This document shows positions 34,323 through 54,164 of a DNA stretch of 64,000 nucleotides, in pieces. Location: the NCBI RefSeq assembly GCF_009914755.1, contig NC_060932.1. One strand, given 5' to 3'. The stretch's first letter is position 1. Every line of letters starts with the position of its first letter. The notes below the pieces were generated by a model, which did no database searches, was not told the origin of the DNA, and worked only from the letters and a program-made list of their open reading frames with translations. The position numbers and the translations under genes were made by a program. This stretch comes from the human T2T-CHM13v2.0 reference genome, Homo sapiens.

Positions 34323-35465
34323 GCAGTGTGCTAGTAAATGATTAACAACCTGAGCTCCAAGAAAAAAACTTTTTGTATATCTAGATACATGTGTTTGTTA
34401 TAAATTTTACTGACATAAAGGATATATAGCACACAATTTTAAAATAACAATAAAACATACAATACTCTATTTTAAATTCAATGCACACAATTGATTCTCA
34501 TGGAATGTTTTCACAGATTTTTTATGAATTCTTTTATCTGTAGCCAATATATGGTTGCAACTAAGGAAAGATTTAGTTCTAACATAAGTGTTGGTGGATA
34601 TTTTCATTTATGTTAAAGAGTAAGATGAAAGTGAAACAATACTTCTGTCAGAACTTGACTCAATTGTCAATTAAGTGAGTGACTTTGCAGAATCAGATTA
34701 ATAGCTTCAAATACTTGAAGGATATTTTCTCAATTTCTCAATCTTTGTGCTAGTCATAAAGGAACTGTTTTAGGCATGAAACACTTTTAGTTTAATCTGC
34801 ATTACTAACATTTTCTCTATCAGTTGTTTAAGTATAAACAACCAGTAAAACAACAAATCAGATTCCTGCGGCATTTGCAGATTTCCCTGGAGGAAATGTC
34901 CATGAGAATACGGTAGCTGATTTCAGCCTCCAAGGTGGCATCACAGGACATGGGAACACAGGGTTTGGAAGAGCTTTCTTTGCGGTAGCACATCATTACA
35001 TAATGTTTCCATCATACAGATGGAATAAATACAAATAACCTCAAGATCTCAAATAATAGTAACACGTTGTAAAATAATTGGGGAGTGAAGAACTTTGAGT
35101 ATTTATCTTTGTTTTGAATATAACTTATTTGATTGTAAGGTGTATATAATTTATTTATTATTTATTTATTTATTTGTGGAGACAGGGGGTCTCACTCTGC
35201 TGCCCAGGCTGGAGTGCAGTAGTATGCTCTTGGCTCACTGCAGCCTCAACTTCCCAGGTTCAAGTGATCCTCCTACCTCAGCCTCCTGAGTAGCTGGGAC
35301 CACAGGTGTGCACCACCACACCCAGCTAATTTTTTTGTAAAGACAGAGTTTCGCCATGTTGCCCAAACTGGGAAGGTGTATATAATTTAATTCTTAATTA
35401 TGGCTGTGTTTGACAACTGCCCCACAAAATTCTTGAAATTTTAACAATAGGTTCTTAAGAACACA
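34323..35465 (+). mobile_element. Long MER63-like (hAT-Blackjack) element interrupted by an Alu fragment (35150-35372, minus)
   Basis: Terminus CAGTGTGCTAGTAAATGATTAACAACC; Alu TSD AAGGTGTATATAATTTA. Confidence 0.6.
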
Positions 35466-35816
35466 CCCTGCCTAAACCCCACAAGATTTGAGAAAGAGTA
35501 AACTGAAAATGGGGGAGGATCTTTAGGGAGAAGTGCTGCTCTTATGTGTCCTAGGACAGGGAGGGCTGGATATCATGGAAGACATTGGTACAGTAGGACC
35601 CAAGCCCACCGATGCCAAGTGTGGCTCCCAGAAATTATTCTCCATCAATAGCAGTAGCCGAGTGAGCTTCTCTCTGGCTTCTCCTCCACAGTAGAGCCAG
35701 AGCAAAGACTATGTAGGCAAACAACAAAATATTTTTCTTTTCTTTTTTCTTTTTTTTTTTTTTAACCAGAAGCCCAAACCTCACCAGAACAATGAAATAT
35801 TTCTAAAATCATTCCT

Positions 35817-38178
<2,362 letters not shown>

Positions 38179-38518
38179 ATTGTGTCTCCCAAAAATTTAT
38201 ATGTTGAAGCCCTAATCAACCCCTAATATGTATGGTTGTATTTGGAGTAAAGAAATAATTGAGGTTAAATGAGATCATAAGAGTGGGGCCCTAATTTGAT
38301 AGGAGAAACCAGAGGGCTCGCTCAATCTCTCTCCACCATGCGAGAAAATTGAGAAGGCAACTCTCTGCAAGCCAGGAAGACAGCCCACCCCAGGACCCAA
38401 ATCAGCCAACACCCTGATCTGGACTTCTCAGGCCCCAGAACTGTGAGAAATAGGTTTCTATTGTTTAAGCCCCCCAGTCTATGGTATTTTGTCACAGCAG
38501 CTGAGGCTGACTAATCCA
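38179..38518 (+). mobile_element. MLT1A/B-type MaLR LTR
   Basis: ATATGTTGAAGCCCTAA...CCAGAACTGTGAGAAATA...TGTTTAAGCC...TATGGTATTTTGT. Confidence 0.8.
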
Positions 38519-38859
38519 GAGGGATTCTATGCTATGTATGTTTCTAGATGTGACACATAGAAGCACCTGGCACAGAGAAGGGACTCACAAAGAGGACCTT
38601 GAAATAAGTGAGGAAATGTACATTGTGTCTGTCCTTCATGTTTAAGATCCTCAGACCCTCAGTCCAGCTTGATTCCCTTCTGTCCATAGCACCAGGAAAA
38701 ATTATCCTTTTCCACTGTTCACAGGAATCTATCTCACCTAGCAAATAACTCAGGACAAATGTTTAAGAGGCCTTCTGTCCTCACTTATTCATTAATCTCC
38801 CCGTCAGCCAGATTCACTGTTTCTTGATCCATACCTTCTCTAACACAGCTATATCCCAT

Positions 38860-39070
38860 CCAGCGGTGTGCTGGTAAATGTTTAACAACCAGCTCTTAGG
38901 GCAGTGGCGTGGGAGAGAGACCCGATTGGTAGGTAGCACTTGCCAGTTTCAGTGGCATAGATACACTTTCATGAGGGCTGATTTCAAGCTACTAGTGTGA
39001 CTTCATTAAATGCATATTTGAGAAGAGATGAACACAATAGACTCTCAAAACCCTACTTTAGCTCACCGTT
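38860..39070 (+). mobile_element. MER63A-like hAT MITE
   Basis: CCAGCGGTGTGCTGGTAAATGTTTAACAACCAGCTC. Confidence 0.7.
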
Positions 39071-39089
39071 GATTTTCATCTTATCAATA

Positions 39090-39325
39090 GACAGTGGTTA
39101 CCAGCATGACCTTGAAGTTGGACAAAGCTGAAATCTAGTCCCAACTCTACTACTGTGTGATGCTGGGCAACTTGTTTAAAGTCTCCAAGCTTCCATTTCC
39201 TTATTCATAAACTGGAGATGATAATAGCAACCTTAGTTCATAAGTATTAAATGAGAGAAGGCATATCAAGTGCTTACCACAGTGGCTAGCACATAGTAGG
39301 TGCTTTAGAAATATTAGCTACTTCA
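39090..39325 (+). mobile_element. MIR
   Basis: TGTGTGATGCTGGGCAACTTG...ATTAAATGAG...GCACATAGTAGGTGCT. Confidence 0.7.
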
Positions 39326-39365
39326 TGTTTAGAAGGCAGATTTTAAAAATAGAGATATTAACTAC

Positions 39366-39402
39366 TATCATCATTATCATCATCATCATCATCATCATCA
39401 TC
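39366..39402. repeat. (TCA)n microsatellite
   Basis: Direct reading. Confidence 0.9.
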
Positions 39403-39669
39403 TTTATTAACCCCTACCCTCTGAGGTCACCATTCAGCGCTTACTCAGATCCATAGATATCAGCTGCTCATCTGCATGGCTTGGTAGGGGTCACAGGCAT
39501 CCATACTTCATCTAGTTTATTGTATAAATATTTGCATAAACATTAGCACCCAAAAATCCTGTTATATTTTTGTTACTGAACTTTAAACTAGTAGGACATA
39601 TGTCTGTAATATTTGCCACTGACCATGAATGAGACTAATTTACTTCCATAACAGGAAGAGAGAAACAGA

Positions 39670-39880
39670 GCCTGCCATTTGTTAAGTACCTACTTTGTGG
39701 CCCACAGGGCCTTGTGCTAGAGATTCTCCCTGTTATCTCAGGTAATCCTCACAACAACCAGGAGATATTAAATCTTCGTCTCATTTATATGGATGAGAAA
39801 ACTAAAGCTCAAAGAAATTAAGTCACTTGCCTGAGGTCACACAGCTAGTGATACAAACCCAGGACTCTTCTGGCTGATCC
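39670..39880 (-). mobile_element. MIR
   Basis: GATGAGAAAACTAAAGCTCAAAGAAATTAAGTCACTTGCCTGAGGTCACACAGCTAG. Confidence 0.75.
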
Positions 39881-40602
39881 CAAAGCCACCCTTGGCAGTG
39901 TGCCATGGCACTAACCTCATCAAGAATGCCCAAGTGGTGAGATGACAGGCTAAAGCAATTTAAGAATGCGCTGGCTGCCTGCCACACTGGCCTGTAGAGA
40001 AGGTCTTGGACAATTAAGTTCAGATTAAATTGAAGCATTTTTGACAATTATTCTGGTTAGGTTTGAGTTAGCCTGCATGTAACAGAAATTCAATTACAGT
40101 GTCTTAAGGAAAGATTTTTCCTATGTAACAAGAAGTCCAGAAGGAGGCTCCTTTCACTTTCTGATCATCCATTTTTTGTGTGTGGCTTTCTTCTTCATGG
40201 TCATAGAGAGCTACCCCATCTCCAGGTATTACATTGATGTTCCCGGCAGAAAGAAGGAAAAAGACACCTATTTCTAAATATGCTTTTTTTTCATAAGGGA
40301 AATCATCAATCTCCCAGAATTCTCATCTTGTGGATTTTGCTTATATCTCATGGGCTGGAACTAGGTCACAAAGCTGCTCCTAGTTGCAGGGGACCCAGGG
40401 AATTATGTCTCCTTAACTGGACATTCTAATTCTCTAAGCACAATTGGAACTCTGTCACAAAGGGAAATGGAGACCACATACAGGAAAAGCAAGCAACAGG
40501 GCCTACCCTTGCGTAGATACTCAGAAAAGCCTGGAGTTTTTCAGGGTTCAAAGGAGCATAGAATCATAGGATGAAAATGGAACTTTGTGATTATTGGTCT
40601 AG

Positions 40603-41238
<636 letters not shown>

Positions 41239-41509
41239 TGAATCAATAAAAATATTTTTTAAAATTTCTCAGATTTAATTTCTATTGTAATAAATATCAA
41301 TAGTTATAACCCATGTAAATAAAAGCTCTTTAGGATTCTCAACAATTTTTTAGGGTAATGGGGTCCTGATGCCTAAAATTTTGAGAACCACTAATCTAAT
41401 TCAGAATCCAAAGGGGGATTTTGAGAACTAGTAATGCTGGCCTAAGACAGTAAATCTGCTCATTGGATAAGTGACTCTATAACATTAAAATAATAATAAG
41501 GATGGTGAA

Positions 41510-41815
41510 GGCCAGGAGCGGTGGCTCACACCTCTAATCTCAGCACTTTGGGAGGCTGAGGCAGTGGATCACTTGAGGTCAGGAGTTCGAGACCAGCCTG
41601 GCCAACATGGTGAAACCCCATCTCTACTATATAAAAATACAAGAATTAGCTAGGATTGGTGACAGCCACCTGTAATCCCAGCTACTTGGGAGGCTGAGGT
41701 GGGAGAATCATTTGAACCGGGAGGCAGAGGCTATAGTGAGCCGAGGCTGCAGTCGCGCCACTGCAAGCCTGGGCGACAGCACGAGACTCCATCTAAAAAA
41801 AAAGGAAAAAAAAGA
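41510..41815 (+). mobile_element. AluS
   Basis: TSD AATAAG(G/A)ATGGTGAA. Confidence 0.93.
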
Positions 41816-42194
41816 ATAAGAATGGTGAAAGGATGGTGAAGTAACCAAACCCATGCATTAATTTTGTGCTTAGTAATAAGTTTTATAAACATCAAGAATA
41901 TCCTCATGAGTTTGCAATTGAAGGTGTTTGGAATTGCTCAAGAGAAACTGACACATTATAGAAACTAACATCATCCTATGATTACTGAAATTTTCCCTTT
42001 TTTAACTTATTGCAGAATATGTAACAGAATTTGGTTACATTTATAGACAGTACTTAAATATTTAATATATACTACATTTAGAAATCTATATATTAATTTA
42101 AATGCGTTTAGATTCACAAGAGCTGTTTAAATGCTTACAAAGATTTTGCTTGCTTCAAACCTAACATTTGCACTATTTGAGATACCAGCTATAT

Positions 42195-42372
42195 AGTATT
42201 TTATCAATTCTAGATGCACATTTCTTCCTCATTTTAGCAAATGTGCAAAATGGATCTGGATATGTCTTACAATCAATATAAGATTGCATTGGTGGCATTT
42301 TCCCTTTCTGGTAGTACATAAAATAATGGTGCATCTTACAACTAATGGCAGTTTAGATTTGATGCTGTAGTA
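42195..42372. mobile_element. MER104-like Tc2/mariner MITE fossil
   Basis: GTATTTTATCAATTCTAGATGCAC...GTCTTACAATCAAT...GCATCTTACAA. Confidence 0.45.
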
Positions 42373-42598
42373 TGAAACTCGTAAAAGTAGTTTAAAATGT
42401 TTAAGAAAACTCAATAAACTACTTTTATTTAGGGAACTTTAATCTGTTAAATTTATAAATTAATGAAACATGGATTTTTTAATGAAAGCAATTTTTCTTA
42501 ATTTTTACAAAAATGTATAACATTTATTAATAAAATAACAAGTTGCAAATTTGACTAAGAGGCATAAGAAAAACAAAATTCTCCAATTTATAATTCTA

Positions 42599-43271
<673 letters not shown>

Positions 43272-43634
43272 TTTGTCTGTATATGCCTGAATGCCTTAAA
43301 TATTTTAGTAGCAAACAATTTACCTTTCTCAATGATAAATTTTGAAGTTAATCAATAGGTTAATTATGATTGGCCTTACACAAATTTTTAAACTTTTTTT
43401 CCATAACAAAAATGTTATATACAAGGAGTCCAACTGTCCTGGATAATATGTGGTGAGTTTAGAAAGGTTATCCTAGGAGAACACTCATTGTAAGCACTAC
43501 AAAGACAGAATAAAATCACCTTACTGAGGAAATTCTCTGACTGTAATGATATTACCTGTGAAAGCAAGAAGCAAGCCAATGAGAACACCTTGGTGTGAGC
43601 CCCTTGGCTTACCCATAGTTAATAATATTACTGG

Positions 43635-43949
<315 letters not shown>

Positions 43950-45642
43950 TCAGGTAATCAAGCTTGAATCCTTCTCTGTTCTCATATCCAATCAACAACC
44001 AAACTTTGGTTCTTTCTTTCACAGAGCTCATCTCTACCCTTCCTATCCCATTCTCACAGCCACCATCACACAATCCAGCCTTTATTCCTTCCCACGAAAT
44101 GCCTTCTAATTATGGAAACATTTAAAAATTCAAAATCTAAGTGTGACAGGCATCTCTCTCTTGATTATTACAAAATTTAATTTAAATAAAAGGTTTGTTT
44201 TGCTTTTTTAAGGCGGTATCTATTTTGTCTTCAGCAGCTCCCTAAAGAACTAATACAGTACCTTTATGTGGAAATACTATCTTAAGAGAGTTCTGCAGTT
44301 CTCTTTGCAATGCCCAATCTTTGGTCTCCTGCTGGAATACCAGTCCTTCCAATGTCCATCCGCTGTCCCTTCTAAAGCGTCAGAGCAGACTCAGGCTGCC
44401 CTCGCAGTTGCTCTCAGAATGACCAGCTCAGCCTCTCCAGCCAGGGTCAGAACACCCGAACAAGACCTGCACAGCCAATCAGCTGTTTCTTCTGGCTCCC
44501 TTTCAGTCCCAATCCTTAGTCTGTTTAAAGGACTGAAAGTTAAATTTGAGCCAAAGAAATAGCTAGAAGGTGACAACAGCTAAGTCCCCAAGGCTTTAAA
44601 TAGAGTAAGACGTGTAAGGAGAAGCCTCCCCGGAGGCACCTACCCAATGAAAGGGATCTCTCAGGAAAATCACTCTCTGTGCATCACTCATGCGTGCACT
44701 GGAGTCAAAGGCCAGGGCACAGCCAATTTAAGAAAAGGATGGAGGCAGCAGTGTCTGGCTTTGCTAGGAGACAGATTACTGTCATTATAATGCACGAGAA
44801 ACATTCCATTTGTTAAGCCAGAGAAAAAGATATTTCACACAAAAAATAAGAGGAATGTATCTATTGGTCAATTATTTCATCTTACTCCAAGAATTACTGA
44901 ATTTCAGATAAATGATTCTTCATCATAGAAGATATTAGTTGCCAAAGAGTCCTCTAAAGACAAGGCCGGGCAGGCCCTTCAATGTGTGAAATACAAATGT
45001 ATAAAATGAAGTTAACAGGCAAGTGCACTCCCACCTAAAGACATTCAGATTTTAAGATATTTGAAAACATTGATCTGGTCATACAAAACCAAAACACAGC
45101 TGTATGCAAATCTGGCACACAGATGCTGGCTCTCCTCTCTGGCTCTCAGGTTAAGCAAAGAGATTATTAAAATAATCAAAGATCCGGAAATGTTTTTATT
45201 TTTTTCTTAACTACATGGTTTAATTTTAGACAGCATGGGTTGACTCCCTGCTATGAAAGATGAAGTGATTACACTCTTAACAATTTCTCCTACCTACATT
45301 TTCCTCCATTTCTCTTCTCATTAATTATAATATATTTTACTTTGCCAGGTTATAAGCCATCACATCATGTTCTGTAATTATGATACCCCTAGTTACTTAG
45401 TTTTTGTTCTATTTTTAAAAGCGTCTAATGCTCATTTCCAGTTCTTTTACCACTCCTACATTCTTGATTTTGATTCATTTCTTTGGCTGGATTTCAATGT
45501 CCAATGGTTTTGTTCATGAAAGGCTTACTTCTATATCTTTTACACACTAGATTCTAAGTACTACTTTCCCTCTGTCTTTTCATATTTGAGAAAGCTTGCT
45601 TGTTGACTTTATAACTGAACAGTTTTGTTGGACTACACTTTT

Positions 45643-46585
45643 TTTAAACAGGCTTAATTCGCTTTATTTTACTTGTATAAAAACCTTATGTTGTAGCCAC
45701 AGCTGGAGCCTGGGTCCTCTGCACGTAGACTCTGGCGTGGGTCTTGACAAGGTGGTCAGTGAATTCCTGATAGGGAGACTTGGTGAATACAGTCTCCTTC
45801 CAGAGGTCGGGGGTCAGGTAGCTGTAGGTCTTGGAGATGGCATCAAAGGTGGCCTTGGCGAAGTTGCCCAGGGTGGCATTGCAGCTCCCAGCTGAGGTGT
45901 GGCAGTCATGGATACCGGCCATCATCAGCAGCTTCTTAGCTACTGGGGTCGAGGCGATGCCAGCGCCCCGGGTGCAGGGATGAGGTGCACCAGCACAGAG
46001 CCGCAGCGGCCTGTCACCTTGCAAGGGACCGTGTGGGGCTTGCCGAACTTGTTTCCCCAGTAGCCTCTGCGCACGGGGACAGTGGAGACGTTGGCCAGGA
46101 TCATGGCCCCTCGGATGGCAGTGGCTACCTCCTCGGAGCACTTAACACCCAGACCGACGTGGCCACTGTAGTCCCCTGTGGCCACCAACGCCTTGAACCT
46201 GGTGCACTGGCCAGCACGGGTCTGCTTCTGCACCAGCATAATCTTCAAAACCTCATGCTTGAGAGAGGCCCCCAGGAAAAAGTCAATCATCTCAGACTCC
46301 TCCATGGGCAGGGAGAAGAGATAGATCTCCTCCAGGGACTTGATCTTCATGTCTTTGACCAGGCTGGCACGGCTTGGTGATGGGCATCCATTCTTTGTCC
46401 TTGGCCTTGCCTCCACTAGCTCTGCGGCCTCAGACACTTCCGCCCCCGCTCATGGCAGCAACCCCGGCCGGGGATGCCACTGCCGCAGCCTCCGCAGAAG
46501 ACTCCGCGGTTCCCCATCCCAGGGCCCCTTCCTCTCTCGGCTGTCCCAGCGCCATCTACCATTCGGTGTTTTCTCGGAGAAGAAG
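45643..46585 (-). pseudogene. RPS2P: Processed pseudogene of 40S ribosomal protein S2 (uS5), full length
   Basis: Intronless; peptides [19 protein letters not shown]...[27 protein letters not shown] and [40 protein letters not shown]...[11 protein letters not shown] split across frames; ATG at 46562; 5' pyrimidine tract; AATAAA and poly(A) remnant; degenerate TSD TGG(A/G)CTACAC(A)TTTT at 45629-45642 and 46586-46600. The pseudogene number cannot be determined from sequence. Confidence 0.95.
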
Positions 46586-46889
46586 TGGGCTACACATTTT
46601 TGTCCTCAGAAGTTAGTGGATATTGCTCCATTCCCTTCTGTACCACAAGATTTTTCATTAGATTTTTTCATTCGGTTTAGAGGCAGAAGATTTAATCTGA
46701 CTTTATTTTGCCACTTGCATTCAGAGATTTCTTTGCTTTTTATATTGTCAAACTTTATATACTTATATAAAGTAAGGATGTAAAATACCTAGAGAACTAT
46801 TACCAATACGTAACTTTTTTAAAAGCAAAAAATCTCCATCCCGCTTATTGCTCTGAAATAAACGTTCCTCAGAACTGCTACTGTATGTT

Positions 46890-47150
46890 AGTTAAAGAGC
46901 CAGCATAGACCTCAGCCCCCAAACTCCAGACCCTGACAGACCTGTATTGGAGATCCCAACTCTGCCACTCACTAGTTGTGGGATACCTGAGCAAGTTACC
47001 TAATGCTTAGTTACTTTTAATGGCAAAACACAATTACTTTTGCACCAACCTAATATTAAAAAGGGGATGATAATAATACCTACCTCATCAGTTGTGAGGA
47101 TTAAATGAAATAATGCACACTAAATGCTTGCCACAGTGCCTGGCATGGAA
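46890..47150 (+). mobile_element. MIR carrying a MADE1 remnant
   Basis: CTCTGCCACTCACTAGTTGTG...GCAAGTTACCTAA...GTTGTGAGGATTAAATGA. Confidence 0.75.
47011..47053. mobile_element. Half MADE1 (Hsmar1 MITE), one TIR only
   Basis: TTACTTTTAATGGCAAAACACAATTACTTTTGCACCAACCTAA followed by TA. Confidence 0.85.
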
Positions 47151-47553
47151 CCCACCTATTTTCTAGGTTTTGCATGCTGCTTCCCCTCTCCGTGACGCAG
47201 GCCATGGAAAAGAAATTTTTTGAATTAAAGGAAATTTAAAGGTTATCTTATCCAAGCCTCTCACATCACAAAAGAAGAATTAAGATCATGAGAAATTGCA
47301 TCAGATATATTATACCTACTCCTCAATACCCTGACACTGGAATTAGATTCTTGATCAATGGGCATGAACATTCTGATCCTTGTGAAGGGGCATTTCTCAC
47401 TGTAAATTATTAACTAGGTATCCAATTTATTAAAAACACAACAAAATCATTTCAACAGGACCTGTGACAACAACCTGAGACCTCTGAATCTAGGTCCGGT
47501 GTACTTTCCACTAATTGACAGCTTCACTTACATTATTAAAGGAACTATCTTCA

Positions 47554-48762
<1,209 letters not shown>

Positions 48763-49328
48763 CAAGAAGATACACTAAGGTAATGAAAGTCTTACCTTTG
48801 TCCATACCCACTGGTATAAAAGTTTTAATGCAAATTTATAATTCATCATAAGATATGCATTTAAAGGTCACAGTACTAAAAATGTAATGTTGTGATTAGC
48901 TCAAAAAAAGTAATGAATCCTTAGAGGAAAAAAATATTTAATATCTTAGACCACAGTGACTTGCACCATCCTAATAATGTACATTGCTTCCAACCCAAAC
49001 GTTCTTAGCCTAAAAGGCGTTAGAGAAGGAGCAGCCTTGGGGAATACATTTCACTACATAAAGCTCCTGTGCCACTCCAGCTTCTTTGGTGCACCGCCAC
49101 CAGGCACTCTCCTTCTTGCAACTCAACACCCAAACCCTGCCCTCCTCAGCTCACACCCTAAAAATGGCCCCTGGTCGTTCAGATTGTATTGTTGTTGATA
49201 TTCTTGTCTCACTATTCCAGCCTGAAATATAGATGCCATTAATTCAAATTTTTCTTACTCCTAATGTGACAACCAGTTAATCAGATAAACAGGTCAGCTT
49301 TAAATGGTTAAGAGATAAAGGAAACTAA

Positions 49329-50120
49329 GGCCAGGCGCGGTGGCTTACCCCTGTAATCCCAACACTTTGGGACCTCAGGTGGATCACCTGAGGTCAGGAG
49401 TTCAAGGCCAGCCTGGCCAACATGGAGAAACCTGTCTCTACTAAAAATATAAAAATTAGCTGTAATCCCAGCTACTCAGGAGGCTGGGGCAGGAGAATCA
49501 CTTGAACCCAGGAGGCGGAGGTTGCAGTGAGCTGAGATTGCACCATTTGCACTCTAGCCTGGGCGACAAGAGCGAAACTTCATCTAAAAAATAAAAAGAG
49601 AGAGAGATAAAGGAGACTAGAGATACAACATCCCACTCCCTTCCCCTCTCTGGAAATATATATGAGTAAGACTGAAACTTTCAGAGATGGTGACTTCATC
49701 TTTATTGCTTAACCTAAAGAAATGCCTTCAGTGGTTAAAAAAAAAATTATTGCTACAGGAGCCAGAAGAAAGCCATGGCATCCCTTACTTGTTAGAGGTA
49801 ACTGAGGGCTATAGTAGACTACTACAATAAACACGAGCAGAGCATGGTGGCTCACATCTGCAACCCCAGCACTTTGAGAAGCCATGGTGGGAGGATCCCT
49901 TGAGACCATTCTGGGCAACATGGTGAGACCTTGTCTCTACAAAATTAAAAAATTAGCCAGGTATGGTGGCATGCATCTGTGGTCCCAGCTATCAGGAGGC
50001 TGAGGTGGGAGGATTGCTTAAGCCTAGGAGGTTGAGGCTGCAGTGATCTGTGACAGCGCCACTGCACTCGAGCCTGGGTGACAAAGTGAGACCCTGTCTC
50101 AAAAAAAAAAAAAAAACAAA
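49329..50120 (+). mobile_element. Two Alus with internal deletions (49329-49600, 49838-50120)
   Basis: Alu consensus. Confidence 0.9.
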
Positions 50121-51046
50121 TATAAAGAAATAGAATATGTCTGGGTGAAATTTGGAGTACTCCTCAAAGAAGCCCCAAACATATGGCTACTTAGTCCTGG
50201 TCTGTCATCAAACATCCGAAGCCACAGTGGCTCTAGTATTGCAGGAGATGGCCACCCGCAGGCACTCCCTTACCACCTGCTGAGGTTCTGCTGCTCCCAA
50301 ATGGACCAGAGCAGAGAAGTATCATGTGACATCATTTCCTTGCTGTGCTAGGACCCCTGACATTTCTGATCATCCTTTTCTCTGGGCCACTTGGACCCAG
50401 GCTGGGACTCCACGCTTCTTAGCCCTTCACTTGCTCACAGTCTGCACTCTTCTTCCCCTTCCCAGTCAGGGGTGACAATGCTACAACTGAGCATTGGCCA
50501 GGAGATTGGAGAATGCTGCTTCCCTCCAGAGCAGCTCTGACTAAGGTGAGCATTGGCATTGCCTGACAGCAATGACTTGCCTGTGCTCAAAGTACTTTCT
50601 AAGGCTCAACAGAGATACCCTATTTAGAAAGTATTGAAATCCACTACATTCTACACTTAACTTAAAAGCTGGCCACTCAAAGCCTCTAGCTTTCTCAGAA
50701 ATGCTGATTCAACCATAAAATTTCAGAACAACAAATAAGCCAGAAATTTCCATACAGATAGGTTGTTCATTACTTTCATATAAAGTTATGTGAATCTTAA
50801 GTGAATTCAAAGGCCAAATCTTCGAAAGTCAAGATCCATAAAATAAATAAAACAGTTATTATACTTCATTTACACTTAGTTTTTGACAATATATTTTCAG
50901 CATTTGCTGATGATGCATAAGGTTGCTTTTGTTTTCTTCTTCACAATTGAACATGCAGTCAAGCAGCTTAGTCCAACAAGCAGTAATTTGAGACTAAAGA
51001 GTCATAACTTTTGGCATGCCAAATTCATACTTCACATATTCCCTTA

Positions 51047-51628
<582 letters not shown>

Positions 51629-52235
51629 GCAGAACTGACATGCAACTTCTGGGTTATGCCCCTTAAATGGATAACATGTCTTTTTATTCTACTTTGCCTT
51701 CTCCCATCTTGCTGCCTGGAACTTGGACATGGCAACAAACCATCTAGGACCAAACAGATGAGGCTAATATTTTAGGGACACTTGAACGGCAGCATGGAAG
51801 AGCCAACATATCAGCATTATTTGAGAAAGGAATCAGACTATTAAATGAGAAATAAAATTCTTTTTTATTATTTTTAAAACTCTACCCCTGAGTGACATAT
51901 TAGAGAAATAACATTCTATCCTGTTTAAATTTTTGTTGTCTTTGTTAAAACAGCTAAAACTTTATCATCCTAATTGAAATGTCTTGCAATTTCAATGTCA
52001 CATTTAGAATTCATGTTTTTGTTACTAATTGCTATTTCATTTTCACTAATTGTTACAGAGTATTTAAGGCAAGGAGCAATAAAACATTCAAAGAATTATA
52101 CACATTTTTATACAAAGATAGTAACTTTACTAAAATTGATGGGCATTAACATGATGCAGTAGTTCAAAATGGTCATTATATCAGCTAATTATAAAAGTTC
52201 TAACCCAGTGAGCAAATCCTTTTCTCAAGGATTTG

Positions 52236-52267
52236 TGAGTAGGCAGCATTTAAATGCTGCCTACTCA
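52236..52267. repeat. Perfect 32-bp palindrome
   Basis: TGAGTAGGCAGCATTT|AAATGCTGCCTACTCA. Confidence 0.97.
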
Positions 52268-52469
52268 TAAAGAACATTAACACAGTCTGGAAGGGGAGTG
52301 TGTCTAAACACTGAATTTGGTTTTTGCCCTTTTGGAGCAGCTAGGGCAAAGGCTAGAAGAAAGCATTCCAATCATTCATAATAAGTAATTTCTTGGGGCT
52401 AACTCCTATTAGCAGATGTTATCCAGCTACTCTAAATCTATATTTAACAATCTTTTGAGTTTCAGGCTT

Positions 52470-54164
<1,695 letters not shown>

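Noticed and set aside
45596-46783. Plus-strand ORFs over the RPS2 copy
   Set aside because: Antisense shadows of GC-rich coding-derived sequence
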